NCBI RefSeq assembly: GCF_004010195.1
Contig: NC_057719.1
Location: forward strand, 51,258,518 to 51,322,517
Reading direction: 5' to 3'
Source: Chiloscyllium plagiosum
Lineage: Eukaryota
Length of the DNA stretch: 64,000 bases
Shown: positions 60,643-64,000 of the stretch, piece after piece
How the letters are laid out: each line of letters opens with the position of its first letter
Position numbering within the stretch: position 1 is the stretch's first letter
Program-made: the position numbers and the translations under genes
The notes under the pieces: generated by a model
The model's input: the letters and a program-made list of their open reading frames with translations, nothing else
The model's database searches: none
What the model was told of the DNA's origin: nothing

Positions 60643-62454
60643 TAATGTCCAAATTAATCCATGGGAGGCATCCAGCCAAACTCAATGCAGATCTGGTTCA
60701 ACTTCAGAAGGAACTACATTGCTCATGCACACATGGTAAATAGTGCCCCTATAATGCAATTACAACTATTCACATTAATATAGCACCTTTAACACAGTAA
60801 ATATCGCAACACATTAACCTCTTTAACTTGCTCAAAAATGAAGCGAGTCAGACTAATCTGAATTGCTTCCTGTGATTAAAGCAATGTATGGGGAGTTAGC
60901 AAGGTGGGGGGGAGAACTGTATTTTGTCTTGATTTTGCTATGAACTGATAACATGGTATGTATGGAACAAAGAAATGCAACATTTTAATCATATATGACC
61001 TGTAGTTTCATTGTTACATCTATTGCCATCCAACTGAGCTACTTAGGCAGTCAGGCTGCTTGTGAATTGCATTTAGCTAATCCCATCTACAAGTATGTTA
61101 TGAAGGAGATGAGAATACTTGTATTAATCTTGTAATCCTTTATATTCATTTCATGAAGCCTGTGGGTGTGCAAAATGCAGATTTTACGGCTGTATTGATT
61201 TTATATCTTATTATCAAATCTTGATATCTGTTAAATAATATTGCCCTCTGTGTATTTTTATTTAGTATGGTTTTGTTTTTTCCCAATTTATTTGTATGGT
61301 GGGAGTTTGTTTTGTCTGTGGAGAATGTATGATCTTTGTCCATGTGTGTTGTAAATGGTCAGCCTTTAGTGTCAGTCAATCATACAACTCTTGCTGAACA
61401 AGAGTCTATTATATGCTACAGTTCTCTTAAAGACATACCTTGGTAATATTCCAAAAGCCACTTTTTATCGTTCAAATGACATGATAACCAAGCTCAGAAT
61501 GGAATCTGCTCTTGTGACAGGTGAGCTTGGAGGCTTGAATGGCTTTTATTTGAGAGGACAGTATCATATCTGAATCCTCCCACCTTGCCAGCTCAGCCAA
61601 AATTGTTCTGGACAGGAAAGGCCAAGGTTGACTTTCCTATCCTGTCACCAATTGTCGCTCTTAAGTAGACAATTATGGACTACTTCAGGGCCTCAGCCGA
61701 CTGCCACTGGGATTGACTCAGTTGCAAGTGAGTCTGTGACTTGCACCATGTATAACAGTTGTGAGTGCATGATCGAGATACTGGACGTTAGGAAAGGGAG
61801 GTGGTTTCAATCAAAACCACTCTCCCAGCCCTTGCTTTGCTTCCAACCCTCCTTATCTCTCACCTTACAATCCCACTGCCCCTTTCACATACACATTACA
61901 TATCTGTGAACTTGAGACTCCAGGGGAGTGGCAGCCATGGCTTCCTCAGGGGAATTGTTAACTACAAGAGTTGCTGGTCTCTGATTCACAGGCAGCTGGA
62001 CCAAGAGTCTTGATTCTTGATTCTCGGTGGCTTCACCACTTCCTGACTTGTAATGACCCGATCCAGATGCTAAATCCTTTTTTTGGCTAAGTGTCAGTTT
62101 CATTGAATTTCATGGATGTTTTCTCTCTGCTACACTCCATAAATGACACTGTCTTGCAGTGAGTAGTAGAAAATGAAGCTATATGCTATGTCCTTAGCAT
62201 GCTGTCAGATATTGCATTGATAGACCTTCTTTATAGCCTGAGCTATTATGTGAATGAATGAGAAAAGGTAACAGTGTCACTTGGACCAAAATGGAGAGTT
62301 TCCATGCAACATGCCAGCATATCCAAATTATCATCCCCTAAGGGACTGAGTGGTGTGTGATTTGTGATTCTTCCTTTGTTGAAAGTTGAATTTTGTATCA
62401 TTCTGTCTCATAAGCAGAACAGTAATCTTGAAATGGTAAACAGTGGAGCATTTA

Positions 62455-62770
62455 ATTTAGTCGTTCATGGGGTGAGAGTGTCACTGGCTCGGTTAGCATT
62501 TATTGGTCTCAACCTAATTGTGGTTGTTTGGAGTCAAATGTAGGCCTGACCAGCTAAGAATGGCAAATTTCTTTCTCAAAAGGACATAAGTGAAACAAAT
62601 GTGTTTTTATAACAAATCATATTGGTTGAGTGTCATTAGGCAGGCTAGCTTTATATTCCAGATTTTTATTGAATTCAGATTTCACCATCTGCCATGGTGG
62701 GATTCAAGCCCATACCCAGAACATTAGCGTGGAGTCAGTATTACTTGGTCAGTGACATTAACATTACTGT
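62455..62770 (-). mobile_element. tRNA-derived SINE with LINE-type tail (same family as 5040-5395)
   Basis: Minus-strand head agtaatgttaatgtcactgacc...ggcttgaatcccaccatggcag and tail caataaatgct...ccagtgacactctcaccccatgaacga. Confidence 0.7.
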
Positions 62771-64000
62771 GTGAAATTAAAGTGACCTTATGTTTAACAA
62801 CATTTCAATTGCCCTATACAGCTTGACTATGTGGGTATTCAAACATGTGCTGCATCAAAGGATAGGGGTCCACGGATATATAGAGAGATTAGAAGTAAAG
62901 TGAAACTTAAACGGGACACATATGGTAAAATTACTAATTGAAATCATGTGAATATATAAAGCATAGTTGGAAGAGAACTATAAAGATTAAAGGGAGTTAC
63001 ATTAATATTAATGAAAGGATCGCAGATAATTTAAACTGAAATGAATAGGTCTTTATAGCCATTCAATAGTAAAGCACCAGTTAAAGTTATGATAGAACTA
63101 GAAGCAATATAGTTGTGTAGTAAGAAAGTCGGTTAAAGATATGTGCAACATATTAACAACCTTATGTCTACACACTCTGTTCACATGCTCTTAGTTCCTG
63201 TTGTTAATGTTTCCCATTATAATTGGCCACTTTAATGTCACACATATGATTAGGCCAGCTACATATCCTCTAATGTTTGTCATTTCAAAACTACTCTGTT
63301 TACAAGACAGAATGGAGCAAAATTCAAGCTCTAACTGAAAAAAACTCACAAATTAGATATTATTTAATTCCTTGAAGGATGCTAATTTATTATGCTGTTT
63401 ATTATGCAAAAAGCTGGTTATCAAAATGCATGAATAATAGCAGGTACCTGACGACTGGGGAGAGATAATCATGATAATTGCAATCTTCAGTAAAGGAGCC
63501 AAGAGTTAATGCTGCAATTAGAGAGGAATAAGTTTGCTGAATAACCTTGGCAAAGTATTCACTAAGTGGTCACTGCAGAGGAAAATGATGTGTAGCAGAG
63601 GCAGTGCTAAAAGGAAAAAATGGCTTTAGGCCAGGACCAAGTACATTGTGATGGGACAAATTGTGAAGACATTTATAGAACATTGACAGTTGTTACAATC
63701 ACTTAAGCAGCCTTTGACAATATTTGGTGTGAATGACACATAATTGTGACACATTTTAAGAAATTCTGATGTTCCTGAGAAGTTTGATATATTGATCAAA
63801 CATTTGATGTTTGTGTTGGAGTGAGTAGAAATGAATGGAATGGATGAGATCAACAGTGGGAATGAAATAAAGATTCAAACTGATTTACTTATTGAGTATT
63901 AAAGTCAAAATAACTCTTGCTTCACAAAATGATTTTGGAGAAGTTTCCCTATATGGCACGGTATTTGTGATGATATTAAGATTAATGATCTGCTGAAAAT

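Overview
This is vertebrate genomic DNA, almost certainly from an elasmobranch (shark). The inference rests on HE1-type V-SINEs, shark-type CR1 LINEs and a DeuSINE-like relic. I can support no intact host protein-coding gene, so the window looks intergenic or deep intronic. It is a nested pile of retroelements and decayed DNA transposons: many CR1 and L2/CR1-group LINE fragments, three or four SINE families, three decayed Gypsy-type LTR elements (two with tRNA-Leu primer-binding sites, one with a Gmr1-like SCAN-type gag) and Harbinger relics (HARBI1-like transposase and Myb/SANT ORF). The most structured signal is about 13 Penelope-like element (PLE; RT plus GIY-YIG) insertions from at least four 3'-end families. 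Their 3' pseudo-LTRs carry minimal hammerhead ribozyme motifs (CTGANGA, stem II, GAAA, palindromic stem III). Many are fold-back inserts flanked by about 14-bp target-site duplications (TSDs), and the inverted arm usually stops 34-42 nt short of the element 3' end. There are four assembly gaps; three fall in the C-rich 3' part of a PLE. Repeat family names come from my recognition of motifs, not from a database search.
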